Shown piece after piece: positions 10,854-20,973 of a stretch of 64,000 bases of DNA; the stretch's first letter is position 1; each line of letters begins with the position of its first letter. This DNA comes from an uncultured archaeon. Lineage in GTDB: Archaea; Thermoproteota; Nitrososphaeria; Nitrososphaerales; Gagatemarchaeaceae. The stretch is from positions 256,001 to 320,000 of the forward strand of contig CAWFOU010000007.1 in the NCBI GenBank assembly GCA_963817525.1. The letters run 5' to 3'. The notes beneath the pieces were generated by a model. The model was not told the DNA's origin. It ran no database searches and was given only the letters and a program-made list of their open reading frames with translations. The position numbers and the translations under genes are program-made.

Positions 10854-11633
10854 CTACCTCCCCACGAAGTTGGGCTTCCTCTTCTCCAGGAAGGCGCTCA
10901 TCCCCTCCTTCTTGTCCTCCGTCGCGAAGAGCGCGTAGAAGAGGGAGCGCTCGCGCTCCAGGCCGGACGAGAGGCCACCCTCCTGCGAGGCGGAGACCGC
11001 GGCCTTCGCAGATCGCACGGCCAGCGGGGCCTTCGAGGCTATCTCCGTCGCGAGCTTGCTGGCCTCCTCCAGGTACTTGCCCGGCGGCACGACGCGGTTG
11101 ACGAGGCCCAGCGCCCTGGCCTCCTCCGCCGATATCATCCCCCCCGTGAGTATCATCTCCATCGCCTTGTACCGACCCACCGCCCTCGCCAGGCGCTGCG
11201 TCCCTCCTCCGCCGGGGATGATCCCGATGTTGATCTCGGGCTGACCCAGCCTCGTCCCTTCGGAGGCGACGATGATGTCGCAGCACATCGCGAGCTCGAG
11301 ACCCCCGCCGAGCGCGTAGCCGCTGATGGCCGCGATCAGGGGCTTGGAGAACCTCACCGCGCGCTCCCAGACGGGCCGGAGGTGGTCGGAGCTCGCGATC
11401 TCCGCCGCCGAGAGCTTGACCATCTCCTTGACGTCAGCCCCGGCGCAGAACGCCTTGTCGCTCCCCGTCAGGACGACGCACCGCACGGACTCGTCCGCCT
11501 CCAGCGCGTCGAGAGCCGAGACCAGCTCCCTTACGAGCACGGAGTTCAGGGCGTTGAGCGCGTCCGGCCTGTTGAGCTTGACGGTTGCGACAGGTCCTTC
11601 GGCGTGAAGGGAGATCGTCTGGTAGTTCTCCAT
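10854..11633 (-). CDS. Enoyl-CoA hydratase (crotonase family)
   Basis: FCAGADV, GGGLELA and PEINIGIIPGGGGTQRL motifs. Confidence 0.95.
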   Translation of the reverse strand: MENYQTISLHAEGPVATVKLNRPDALNALNSVLVRELVSALDALEADESVRCVVLTGSDKAFCAGADVKEMVKLSAAEIASSDHLRPVWERAVRFSKPLIAAISGYALGGGLELAMCCDIIVASEGTRLGQPEINIGIIPGGGGTQRLARAVGRYKAMEMILTGGMISAEEARALGLVNRVVPPGKYLEEASKLATEIASKAPLAVRSAKAAVSASQEGGLSSGLERERSLFYALFATEDKKEGMSAFLEKRKPNFVGR

Positions 11634-11688
11634 GCCAGGCGCTGCAGACCGAGAACGTAAAAAAGCCTAGCTCCGGGTTGAAGCGCGC

Positions 11689-12093
11689 ATGCCGGTCGAG
11701 CACACGGTGAAGCTTCGCGTCAGGTTCGCGGAGACGGACGCGATGCAGGTGGTCTACTACGCCGAGTACTTCGTCTGGTTCGAGGTAGCGAGGACGGAGC
11801 TCTTCCGGTCCATAGGGATGCCGTACAGCGTCATATCCAGGAAGAGGGGGTTCCACACCCCGGTCGTCCAGGCCCACGCGGACTACAAGTCCTCGGCAAG
11901 GTACGACGACGAGGTCGCAGTGAGGGTGTGGGCGAGCAAGGTGGGGAAGTCTAGCGTGAGGCTCGACTATGAGGTGACCAAGCTCCCCGAGAAGGAGCTG
12001 CTGTGCACCGGGCACACGGTGCACGTCCTCATCGGCGAGGACGGCAGGCCAAAGGAGATCCCTGCGGACATGCGAAAGAAGATCTCGCGCTAG
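11689..12093 (+). CDS. YbgC/4-HBT family acyl-CoA thioesterase
   Basis: VRFAETDAMQVVYYAEYFVWFEVAR motif. Confidence 0.9.
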   Translation: MPVEHTVKLRVRFAETDAMQVVYYAEYFVWFEVARTELFRSIGMPYSVISRKRGFHTPVVQAHADYKSSARYDDEVAVRVWASKVGKSSVRLDYEVTKLPEKELLCTGHTVHVLIGEDGRPKEIPADMRKKISR

Positions 12094-12464
12094 GCGAGCT
12101 TTATCGCGATGACCGCAACCTGATGCCTTCCCCTCACCGAGTTGAAGGAATCGACCAGCGCCCCCATCATGCCGTACTTCTTCTTGATGAGTCTGATCGC
12201 CTGCTCCGCCACATCGCCTTCGACGAAATGGGCCTCTCCGTCGGACCACGCGCCCGTCACCTTGCCCCTCATGTCGGACGGGGCTACACGGACTCGCGGA
12301 TTCCTCCGAATCCGCTTGGCTTTCCAACTCGTCGGGTCGGTGCGCACGTAGATCACGCCGCGGTCCTCCACCAGCCAGACCGGGCTCCGGACAGCATCTC
12401 CATTCTTCCTGTAGCTCTCCAGGCTGATGACCCTCTCCCTGGCGATGTCCTTCGCCGAATCCAT
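12090..12464 (-). CDS. PPOX-class F420-dependent oxidoreductase-like protein
   Basis: SYRKNG..VRSPVW...KAKRIRRNPRV...KYG motif. Confidence 0.85.
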   Translation of the reverse strand: MDSAKDIARERVISLESYRKNGDAVRSPVWLVEDRGVIYVRTDPTSWKAKRIRRNPRVRVAPSDMRGKVTGAWSDGEAHFVEGDVAEQAIRLIKKKYGMMGALVDSFNSVRGRHQVAVIAIKLA

Positions 12465-12500
12465 CGGGTTCCGATGAGCGATGAGCGTTATAGGCTTTCG

Positions 12501-13399
12501 CTACTTTCCCGACGCGCTCTTGCTCGAGGACGGGGAGGCCCAGTCGTAGAACCCTTTCCCGGACTTTCTTCCTAGAAGCCCAGCCCTGACCATCTGCTTG
12601 ACGAGGGGGCTTGGACGATATTTGGAGTCCTCGAACTCCTGCATGAACACCTCAGAGATCCCAAGGCCGTGTCGAGGCCGACGAAGTCGAGGAGCTTCGA
12701 GGGCCCCATCGGCCAGTTGAGACCCATGGTCACGGCCTTGTCGATGTCCTCCGGGTCCGCCACCCCCTCGCTCACGAGGAGAGAGGCCTCGGTGAGGGCG
12801 GGGAGGAGTATCCTGTTGACTATGAAGCCTGGCGAGTCCTTCTTGCAGAGGACGGTCTCCTTTCCCATCTGCTTCGCGGCGACCCTGATCGACTCTACGG
12901 TGGAGTCGGAGGTCTTGGCGCCTCGGATGACCTCGACGAGCGGCATGAGCTGCGGGGGGTTGAAGAAGTGCATCCCAGCGACGTTCTCGGGGTTCTTGGT
13001 CGCGGAGGCGAGGAGCGTGATGCTGATCGAGGAGGTGTTAGAGGCGAGTATCGCGCCCGCGGGGAGGTGCTCGGAGATCTTCCGATAGAGGTCGAGTTTG
13101 AGCTTCGGGTCCTCCGATGCCGCCTCGATGACCAGCTGCGACTTTTCGACGGCGGCCTTGAGGTCAAGAGCCGGGTGGATCCTGGCGAGGATGTCGTCGG
13201 ATTTCTTCTTGTCCATGCCACCCTTCGCGACGAACTTCGCGAGGCTGTCCCTGATCATGGACATCCCCCTGTCTACGAACTCCTGCTTGACGTCGAGCAG
13301 GGTGACGTCGTACCCGGCGGTCTGGGCGCACACCTGCGCTATGCCGTGCCCCATCAAGCCCGCGCCGATCACGGTCACCCTCTTGATTTCGGGAGCCAT
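12501..13399 (-). CDS. 3-hydroxyacyl-CoA dehydrogenase (frameshift near 12660)
   Basis: [22 protein letters not shown] and GFIVNR motifs; the C-terminal GRKSGKGFY lies in a shifted frame ending at 12501. Confidence 0.92.
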
Positions 13400-13483
13400 G
13401 GTGCCACGCTCCAGGGAGCCGGTAATAATGGTTGGGAAATACCGGTGAACACATAAAAGCCAATTCGAGCTTGCCAGAGTTGC

Positions 13484-13600
13484 GCGGGGGTAGCAGAGTG
13501 GTCCGTCTAACAGACCCACAATAATGCGCGGGCCTTGAGTCTCACCAGAGACAGCCTGTGACCCATCCGGGTCTCGTGGGTTCGAATCCTACCCCCCGCG
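13484..13600 (+). tRNA. tRNA-Ser(TGA) with two introns (D-loop 13504-13521; anticodon loop 13540-13552)
   Basis: Acceptor GCGGGGG/CCCCCGC with discriminator G; D-arm GCAGAGTGGTC^TAATGC; anticodon stem CGGGC/GCCTG with loop CT-TGA-G^A; long variable arm; T-arm GTGGG-TTCGAAT-CCTAC. Confidence 0.9.
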
Positions 13601-13606
13601 CTCAAG

Positions 13607-14398
13607 TCAATATCTACCGAGAGCTGTAGGCCTTAGTGCCGCCTGTAGCCGTTCTTGTTTCCTCTTTATGGCGAAACCCACTAGTCGATTGAACTCCGAC
13701 AAAGATGTCGTCCTTACGTAAACTTCGTAACAATCGCGCCGTCTCAGGTAAGTCCTCCCTCTGTTTGAGATTTCCGAGCCTGCTTCTTTTTGGAGGTGCG
13801 GGCCCGTTGTTCCAATTCCCAGGGACGACAAGAGTCGGCGCACATATCTCAGCAAAGGGAGATTGGAATTCCAGCATGTGAGCTTTCTCCCCGTGATGCT
13901 TCCTTCGGAGTCGAAGAAACCTCTTAGGAATCTTCCCATGCAGTCGGGACAATGTTTGATGAATAGTTTGAATCTCTTCCAATCTCTATTTAGAAACTCG
14001 TAAAGGAGTACGCTCCTCGCTTCGATGGAAAAATCCCCTCGCCTCTTGTCAAACCATGGCGTGTGCGTCCTAGTCCCGAGTATCTTTGACAAGCAGCGAT
14101 CAAACTCCATGACGAAGTCCAAGTCTATTGCCGATAGCCGTATCCTTCGATTGTAGCCCTTCCTTGTTATTGAGCCGTCCCCTAGCTCGACTCCAATCAC
14201 GTAGGCAAGCTCTGGGCTAGGCTCTGGAGAGAAGTAGTTCGCACTTCCAAGAGGGCTGTGGATCTCTCTGAGCCATTCCGAGATTTGTCCTTTGGATGTT
14301 TTGAAGCCAGTCTCCCGCAGCAGGGTCTCGGCTATCTTGTTGTAGCTCATTCCGTCGGCTCTCAGTTCTTTGGCCCGCTCATTCGCACGGACTCTCAT
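13607..14398 (-). CDS. Free-standing two-motif LAGLIDADG homing endonuclease with N-terminal HTH
   Basis: Motif 1 LAYVIGVELGDGS and motif 2 FLRGFFDSEGS; N-terminal GMSYNKIA...SKGQISEWL HTH; visibly AT-richer than flanks. Confidence 0.9.
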   Translation of the reverse strand: MRVRANERAKELRADGMSYNKIAETLLRETGFKTSKGQISEWLREIHSPLGSANYFSPEPSPELAYVIGVELGDGSITRKGYNRRIRLSAIDLDFVMEFDRCLSKILGTRTHTPWFDKRRGDFSIEARSVLLYEFLNRDWKRFKLFIKHCPDCMGRFLRGFFDSEGSITGRKLTCWNSNLPLLRYVRRLLSSLGIGTTGPHLQKEAGSEISNRGRTYLRRRDCYEVYVRTTSLSEFNRLVGFAIKRKQERLQAALRPTALGRY

Positions 14399-14535
14399 TG
14401 CTAGAGGATGGTAGGACCTCGGCTCAGGGCACTTACTCGGAGTTCGCACTCAACACGAGTGCTAGTCCGTATTTAACGGCCACTCTCCCGCGGCGAAGTC
14501 AGATAAACCCCGGAGACCCTGAGAGTTGTCTACCA

Positions 14536-15687
14536 TTGAAGTTCCTGGTCATAGGAGGGGGGATAAGCGGGCTCTTTCTGTCGTACTACCTCCTCGAGGC
14601 GGGGGACGAGGTCGTCGTCGCGGACGCCCCCAAGGGGCCCGTCAGGACCTCCGCCTACAACGCGGGCCAGCTCTCGACCCGCCCCTCGTTCACGGACATC
14701 TACGCCCCCTCCGAGATAGTGCGCATCTCCGCGCGCGAAAGGCGGCTCAACCGCGGGTGGTTCGCGCTCGCGCGCAAGCAGAACCGCGAGAGATATGAGG
14801 AAATTGCGTCCGCCCTCGCGGAGCGGAGCCTCGCGCTATACGGCAAGTTCTTCGCGAAGGAGAGGGCCAAGGTCGACCTGACGGCAGAGGTGCTGGAGCT
14901 GCACTCGAAGCTGCGGAGCGAAAGCAGCCCCGAGCCCGGGGCGCGCTTCCTGGGCCCGAGCGAGCTCGCGGACGTGGGATACAAGGGCTTCGAGGGAGGA
15001 TGGCTCATTGAGGAAAAGTCCCTCCATTCAAGGAAGCTGCTCGACCACCTGACGTCGAGGATAGCCGAGATGGGGGGCAGGGCAGTCGAGGGCGACGTGC
15101 GCCTAAAGAGGAGTGGATCGCGCATCGCGCGGGCCGTCATCGAGGGCGAGGGATTGGTGGCCGACGCCTACGTCGTGGCGGCTGGCTCGTGGAGCCGGGA
15201 GGTCTGCGCGCCCCTCCGATACGACCCGATGGTCATCCCGGCGAGAGGCCTGGTCCTGTTCTACCGGACATGGGGGGAGAGAGCGGTGGACTATCCGGCG
15301 CACTACGAGGACGAGGGGGTGACCGTGACGCAGCACGATAGAGACACCGTCCGCTTCACCAGCTTCTTCGAGCTCGTCGGCTTCAACCCGCGATTCGGCC
15401 GGGCCAGGACTGACTGGCTCTTCGAGACCGTGACCTCGCATTTTTCCAGGCAGACGAAGCTCGAGTCCAACGAGGTCGGGGTGGGCTACCGCCCTTCGAC
15501 CCCCGACCAGCTCCCGGTGATGGGGCGGATCCCCCGCTGTGAGAACGGGTACATCCTTACTGGTTCGACGAGGAAGGGGATGGCCCTCGCTCCGGTCCTG
15601 AGCCAGCTGTTAATGGGCATCATGCTCGAGTCGGGCAAGAAGGACGACCCCCTTCTCCGGGCCATGGACCCCGCGAGGTTCGCGTGA
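14536..15687 (+). CDS. FAD-dependent oxidoreductase (DAO/DadA family)
   Basis: GGGISGL FAD motif, TSAYNAGQL, AAGSWS, GYRPSTPDQLPVMG. Confidence 0.85.
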   Translation: MKFLVIGGGISGLFLSYYLLEAGDEVVVADAPKGPVRTSAYNAGQLSTRPSFTDIYAPSEIVRISARERRLNRGWFALARKQNRERYEEIASALAERSLALYGKFFAKERAKVDLTAEVLELHSKLRSESSPEPGARFLGPSELADVGYKGFEGGWLIEEKSLHSRKLLDHLTSRIAEMGGRAVEGDVRLKRSGSRIARAVIEGEGLVADAYVVAAGSWSREVCAPLRYDPMVIPARGLVLFYRTWGERAVDYPAHYEDEGVTVTQHDRDTVRFTSFFELVGFNPRFGRARTDWLFETVTSHFSRQTKLESNEVGVGYRPSTPDQLPVMGRIPRCENGYILTGSTRKGMALAPVLSQLLMGIMLESGKKDDPLLRAMDPARFA

Positions 15688-15738
15688 GGCCGCCCTACGT
15701 GCCAAAGTTTTAAGCAGCTGCGAAAAGCGGCCCTCGTC

Positions 15739-16122
15739 ATGGCCGGCGCCGACGATTTCATCGCCCTGATAGAGAGCATGGGGAGGCGGGTCTTCGTGAC
15801 CGACGACCTAGTCGACCTCCGACAGCTCGACCAGCCCAACGAGATCTACGTCCTCCAGATGCTGAGCGTCTCCACGGCCGCGGGAGGGAGGGGCGGCGGC
15901 ATGGGCGACAGGAAGGTCGTCAAGGTCTACCACTTCTCGTGCGGCCACGGGGAGTGCAAGAAGGTGGGCGAGGTCGAGGACGAGGGGAAGATCGAGAGCC
16001 TCGACCTGCCATACCACGCGACTGCGTTTCCCATCCTCCTGCCCGATGGGCGGGAGAAGCTGGTCTCCGGGGTCACCGACAAGTCTCTCACGGCCTCGTA
16101 CCTGGCCGCGCTGGGCGTATAG
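15739..16122 (+). CDS. Conserved hypothetical protein
   Basis: Clean 127-aa ORF with host-like codon usage, downstream of TTTAAG box. Confidence 0.65.
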   Translation: MAGADDFIALIESMGRRVFVTDDLVDLRQLDQPNEIYVLQMLSVSTAAGGRGGGMGDRKVVKVYHFSCGHGECKKVGEVEDEGKIESLDLPYHATAFPILLPDGREKLVSGVTDKSLTASYLAALGV

Positions 16123-16164
16123 TTTCACAACCTAAATAACGTCAGAAGGAGGACCCGTTTCTCC

Positions 16165-17061
16165 TTGAAAGTCCTAGTCACAGGCTCCCAAGGCTTCGTC
16201 GGCAGGCACGTCATGAGCTACCTCGCGGGCCACGGCTTCGAGCCGATAGGCACCGACGTCACGGCGGGGGCGGACGTGGTCGGGAGCATGGTAGACGCCT
16301 CGTTCGTCAACGACAAGCTTGCGCGCCTCGACTTCGAGGCGATCGTCCACCTCGCGGGGATCGCCGACCTCAAGAAGACCATGGAGGACCCATATTCTTG
16401 CTTCCAGGTCAATTGCTTGGGGACGCTCAACGCGCTCGAGCTGGCGGTCAAGAAGAAGGTGAAGCGATTCCACTACGCCTCAAGCGCGAATGTCTACGGG
16501 GCGCCCAGGAAGAACCCGGTCACCGAGGACTTCCCGATGGACCCTCGTGTCCCTTACGACTACTCGAAGGTCGTCGGGGAGAACCTGGCCATGAGCTACT
16601 TCAAGACCAAGGGAGTACCCGTCGCAATGACCAGGGCGTGGCTCCTCTTCGGTGAGTACGACCATCCCTCGAGGGCCCTTCCGATCTTCATCAGAAAGTG
16701 CCTGAAAGACGAGCCCATCGGGCTGTTCAACTCTGGGAGGGACGTGACCGCGCCCTCACACTCGGCGAACTTTGCCAAGCTGATCGCCAAGCTCTTGGAG
16801 AAGGACGCAGCCGTCGGGCAGGCCTTCAACTTTGGGGGAGCGGAGACCGTCTCGATAAAGGACCTGGCCGAGAGGGTGAAGCGGCTGACCAACTCAAAGT
16901 CCGAACTCCAGATGCTCCCGCCGAGATCCCAGGCGGAGGCCGAGCCCCAGGTGAGCTATCCCTCGACGGAGAAGATGAGAAGGCTGCTCGGCTACGAGTA
17001 CGAGCTCAGCCTCGACGACGGGATAAAGCGCACGATCGACTGGATAAGGAAGAGTGGCTGA
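16165..17061 (+). CDS. NAD-dependent epimerase/dehydratase (extended SDR)
   Basis: TGSQGFVG, HLAG, SSANVYG and YDYSK motifs. Confidence 0.9.
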   Translation: MKVLVTGSQGFVGRHVMSYLAGHGFEPIGTDVTAGADVVGSMVDASFVNDKLARLDFEAIVHLAGIADLKKTMEDPYSCFQVNCLGTLNALELAVKKKVKRFHYASSANVYGAPRKNPVTEDFPMDPRVPYDYSKVVGENLAMSYFKTKGVPVAMTRAWLLFGEYDHPSRALPIFIRKCLKDEPIGLFNSGRDVTAPSHSANFAKLIAKLLEKDAAVGQAFNFGGAETVSIKDLAERVKRLTNSKSELQMLPPRSQAEAEPQVSYPSTEKMRRLLGYEYELSLDDGIKRTIDWIRKSG

Positions 17062-17068
17062 CCGGCGT

Positions 17069-17380
17069 CTAGCTGGTAAGGGTCAGCTCGATCTTGACGT
17101 CTTCGGGGATCCTGAGCTTCGTAATCTGCTTCATGGTCCTGTCGTCAGGCTCGATGTCGAGGATCCTGCGGTGGATCCTCAGCTGCCAGTGGTCGAACGT
17201 GTGAGTCCCCTCACCGGTCGGGGCCTTCCTCGTGGTGATCTTCAGCTTTTTCGTGGGGAGCGGCTGGGGGCCCTTGCTCTTCACCCCGGTCTTCTCCGTG
17301 ATCTCCTTGATCTCGCGTGCAAGGTTCTCAAGCTCGTCGAGGTTTGAGCTCGTCAACTTGATCCTCGCGTACTGCGTCAT
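17069..17380 (-). CDS. rps10: 30S ribosomal protein uS10
   Basis: ARIKLTS...KGPQPLPTKKLKITTRKAPTGEG...WQLRIHRRILD, archaeal S10 signature. Confidence 0.93.
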   Translation of the reverse strand: MTQYARIKLTSSNLDELENLAREIKEITEKTGVKSKGPQPLPTKKLKITTRKAPTGEGTHTFDHWQLRIHRRILDIEPDDRTMKQITKLRIPEDVKIELTLTS

Positions 17381-17486
17381 TGCCCTTCTTTTGACGCCGA
17401 TTGGGATTGGATATTTAGATGTTTGGACGCATCGTTGCGCAACCGAGAAATAGCGACCACCCCATTGAGAGGGCCCGCGAACAGGT

Positions 17487-17969
17487 TTGAGCATAGATTC
17501 GAAAGCGGCCGAGGAGGTCGTCGCGAAGCTGAAGCTGGACGTCAAGGCGCTCACCCTCCTATATGAGTCCGACGCCGACCTCCGCCCGGTGATAGAGCGG
17601 TCACTCCTAGAGTCCCAGGACGGATACATCGCTAGGTTTGTCAGCCTCCTCCAGTCCAGGAGGCCGCCCCGAGACGGCGGGAACCTCCCGATGGCCGTGG
17701 GAGAAATAATCCTCGCGTCCTTCCTCACCATCCTCGGCCTGGCCGCGTTCGTCCCCGCGATGGCGGGGCTCAGCACGCCCCAGCAGTGGCTGAGCTACTT
17801 CTCGAGCGTCGCGGGGCCTACCTTCGCAGCGCAGCCGTTCTACTCAGGGGTACCCGCCCTCGACTTCCTCTTCTCGGCGTTGCTGCTCCTGGGCGCGTTC
17901 TACAGCCTGCGGCGGGCCGGGAAGAACCTCAAGAACGCCGGCGTGGCTCTTGAGCCGGGTCGAAGTTAG
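17487..17969 (+). CDS. Hypothetical membrane protein
   Basis: Two hydrophobic helices; stop overlaps the start of the next gene. Confidence 0.6.
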   Translation: MSIDSKAAEEVVAKLKLDVKALTLLYESDADLRPVIERSLLESQDGYIARFVSLLQSRRPPRDGGNLPMAVGEIILASFLTILGLAAFVPAMAGLSTPQQWLSYFSSVAGPTFAAQPFYSGVPALDFLFSALLLLGAFYSLRRAGKNLKNAGVALEPGRS

Positions 17970-19816
17970 TGTCGCTGGAGAGCAGGCGCCTGGTCGCCCT
18001 GGCGGTCAAGATAGTGGCCCTCGTGGTGGGCCTCGGCGTCACCGCGTACGCCACCGGGTACCTTTACGACGACGTGGTCTTCATCTCCCAGCAGACCTCC
18101 GCCAGCGTGGGCGAGGTGGTGGTCGCCGTGGCCGCCCTGAGCCTCGCGCTCACGGGCATCGCGCTCATCGCCACCCTCCCAGAGTCGCTCAGGGTCAAGG
18201 TCAGGAGGCCGATCAAGGTCCAGCGCCTCAACCCGGTGTACGGATTCGGCACGATCCTCGCGGTGGGGGTCGGCGCGACCCTGGGGTCGCCGCTCTTCAT
18301 ACTCATACCGCAGAACATCGTCCAGTACGAGTTCGTCTCGGTGGGCTCGCTGTTCCTGGCGATGGCCCTCTCGATACTGATGGCGAAGGTCTACGCGGAC
18401 ATGTACTCGGACTCGAGGAAGAGGGGGCTCGATGCGGTGGGAGGACCATCTTTCACCAGGCTCGCCGCGGGCGTGAGGAGCGCCAGATACTTCATCAGCA
18501 GGGTCTCGATGTGGGTGGCGAACACCGCGCTCGCCGCCTATTCCAAGATAGTCTTCCTCATCTTCGACTTTACCTACTTTCCCAGCATACTCGGGGAGCT
18601 CGGCGTGCCGGGCGATGCCCAGACCTTGATAGTATGGGCGACCGCGATATCTCTGATAGCGTGGACCGTCCTGGACTCCTTCTACGAGGAGAGGCTCCTC
18701 TCCGTGACCGGAGGGCTCCAGATAATCCTCACCTCGGCGATGGTCGCGATACTTCTCTACGACAGCTTCAGGCTGGGCGAGAAGGGCTCGTGGAACCTGA
18801 CGGGAATCTTCCACTACACGGGCGGAGTCTCCTGGCCCATCGAGCTGGTGATCAACACAGGGTACCTCTACCTCCTGTTCTTCGGGTTCCAAGAGATCCA
18901 ATCCCTGGAGCGCGACGCGAGGGAGAGGACGTCAGTCCCGGTGATCTCGTGGATCAAGAGGGGATACACCCTGAGCAAGGCCCACTACCTCGGCGTTGCG
19001 ATGGTCCTCACGGTGATCATAACCGGCACGATCAACATCCTCTACGGAGTCGCGGTCTTCGCAATACACCCCTCCGCGAGCGCGGTCGACAGCGCCCAGA
19101 TACCGGCCCTCTACCTCGCGGACGCCTACCTCGGGCACTTCCAGGAGCTGCTGATGGGGATATGCTTCCTCATCGCCTCCGTCACCACTTTCGTCCCCGC
19201 CTTCCTCGCAGCCACCCGCCACCTAAGGGCGCTGGGGGAGGACGGGTACATGCCGACCTCCCTCGCGAACCTCTCGTGGCTCTTCACGCTGGTCTCCATA
19301 TTCCTCCTCGCGGTGAGCAACGAGAACTTCCTCGTCGACATAACCGACTTCATGGTCCTAGTGAGCCTGGGCATAATCACCCTCTCGAGCGTTTGGCTCA
19401 GGAGGTCGAGGGGAGCCGCTTTCGGGACCCCGGACCTGCTGCCGCTGGTGGTGGGGACCAGCTGCTTCGTCGCCGGGGGCGCCGTGTACCTGCTCAGCTC
19501 CTCGGTCGTGGTCTTCGGGACACTCGCGATCCTGTTCGCCTACCTCGCCTTCGACATCCTGGAGCTGGGGAACCTGGGAGTGCAGCTCTTCCTTTCGATC
19601 CTGAGCCTGGCCTGTCTACCCCTGCTCGCGCTCTTCCCTCACTCGGTGCACGCGAAGGGAATCCTGCTCTCCCTGCTGCCGATCACGCCCACGGGAGCGG
19701 ACGACCTCCTCGTCGGGATGCTCGCTATCGCCCCGGTTATCCTCCTGCTCAACTCGTACGTCGACGCGACCCTCCTCAAGAGCGCCCCGAAGAGAGGCGC
19801 CAGGCAGCGGAGATAG
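17969..19816 (+). CDS. APC-family amino acid permease-like protein
   Basis: GVGATLGSPLF and FFGFQEI motifs; many transmembrane segments. Confidence 0.8.
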   Translation: MSLESRRLVALAVKIVALVVGLGVTAYATGYLYDDVVFISQQTSASVGEVVVAVAALSLALTGIALIATLPESLRVKVRRPIKVQRLNPVYGFGTILAVGVGATLGSPLFILIPQNIVQYEFVSVGSLFLAMALSILMAKVYADMYSDSRKRGLDAVGGPSFTRLAAGVRSARYFISRVSMWVANTALAAYSKIVFLIFDFTYFPSILGELGVPGDAQTLIVWATAISLIAWTVLDSFYEERLLSVTGGLQIILTSAMVAILLYDSFRLGEKGSWNLTGIFHYTGGVSWPIELVINTGYLYLLFFGFQEIQSLERDARERTSVPVISWIKRGYTLSKAHYLGVAMVLTVIITGTINILYGVAVFAIHPSASAVDSAQIPALYLADAYLGHFQELLMGICFLIASVTTFVPAFLAATRHLRALGEDGYMPTSLANLSWLFTLVSIFLLAVSNENFLVDITDFMVLVSLGIITLSSVWLRRSRGAAFGTPDLLPLVVGTSCFVAGGAVYLLSSSVVVFGTLAILFAYLAFDILELGNLGVQLFLSILSLACLPLLALFPHSVHAKGILLSLLPITPTGADDLLVGMLAIAPVILLLNSYVDATLLKSAPKRGARQRR

Positions 19817-19822
19817 CTGGCC

Positions 19823-20910
19823 CTACCTGTCGCCCCGCTTGACCAGGCCCAGGGTCTCCATCATCTTCGTCCCCCCGGGCCCAGGAGCCTCAGCCTCTCA
19901 ATGGCCATCTTCGGGTCGACGGCGCTCATCGCCTTCATCGACTCCTTCGACCTGGCGAGGACGACGACCACCCCCTGCATGAACCCGAGGCAGTCGAGCG
20001 TTTCGAGGACGTCCTCCCCGGCGGCCTCGAGCCTGCTGAGCTGGAGCTTGTCCTTCCTTAGGTCGAGGATGGCGTCGAGCAGCCTCCCTGTGGCCCCCTT
20101 CAGCACCAGGAGGTCGAGGTGCTTGCTCAGGGCCACCTCCCCGGTGACGTCCACCTTCCCCTTGTCGTCGGAGTACTCGATGGTCATGAACGAGTCGCTG
20201 CCCGACCTCGAGAAGACGATGCCGACGGTGCTGCTAGTCTCTGTGTTCACGAAGGTGGCGTCGAGGTGGTTCTTGGAGGCCCTGGCGTTGGCCAGCGCGT
20301 AGTCGTCGAGCTTCTCAAAGTCCGGCACGGGCTCCTTCCTGAGCCAGGTCTTCCCGAGCCTGACTGGGAGCTTGAGCCCCTTCCTGACGCTGGAGAACCT
20401 GAACTCGCTCCTGAAGTAGGGGGAGCGCGGAGTGTTGAGCAGGAACTCGTACTCTATCTCGCCTGGGCACGTGTATTCGTCGTTCGCGGAGTAGGAGCTG
20501 TCCGAGAGCTCTAGCGATATCTCCTCGTCGGTGACGGGGAGCGGCGTCGCGGCCAGATAGACCTCTAGGCTCCTCCTGGCCTTCATCTCCTCCGACCTCG
20601 ATTCTGCCTCCATGTCTTTCAGGGTCTCCTCGAGCTTCGCCTTGATGTGGTCCTTCGCCTGCTGGATGGCGAGGGCTGCGAACTCGTTTATCTTCCTGGA
20701 GATGTTACCAGAGTCCTCGTCGTCGAGGCGGACGCCATCGAAGGCCTGAGCGATCCGAGAGGCCAGGCCGACCAGCTCCTCCACCTGCTCGCCTGCCCTC
20801 GTCTTCGCCTCGTCCTGCTCCTTGATGCTGCGCCCCCAATTCTCCGAATACCTCACCGCGTCTGCGAGTTCCGTGAAAAGGAGGTCGGCGCCATTGGACG
20901 CTTCAGACAT
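19823..20910 (-). CDS. Hypothetical protein with N-terminal coiled coil (frameshift near 19870)
   Basis: Long ORF with host-like codon usage; no recognised motif. Confidence 0.6.
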
Positions 20911-20973
20911 CCTCGAGACCGAGTTGTCTCAGTCGCCGATTAGATAAACGTGGTAGTAGCCCGCCGGGAGTGC

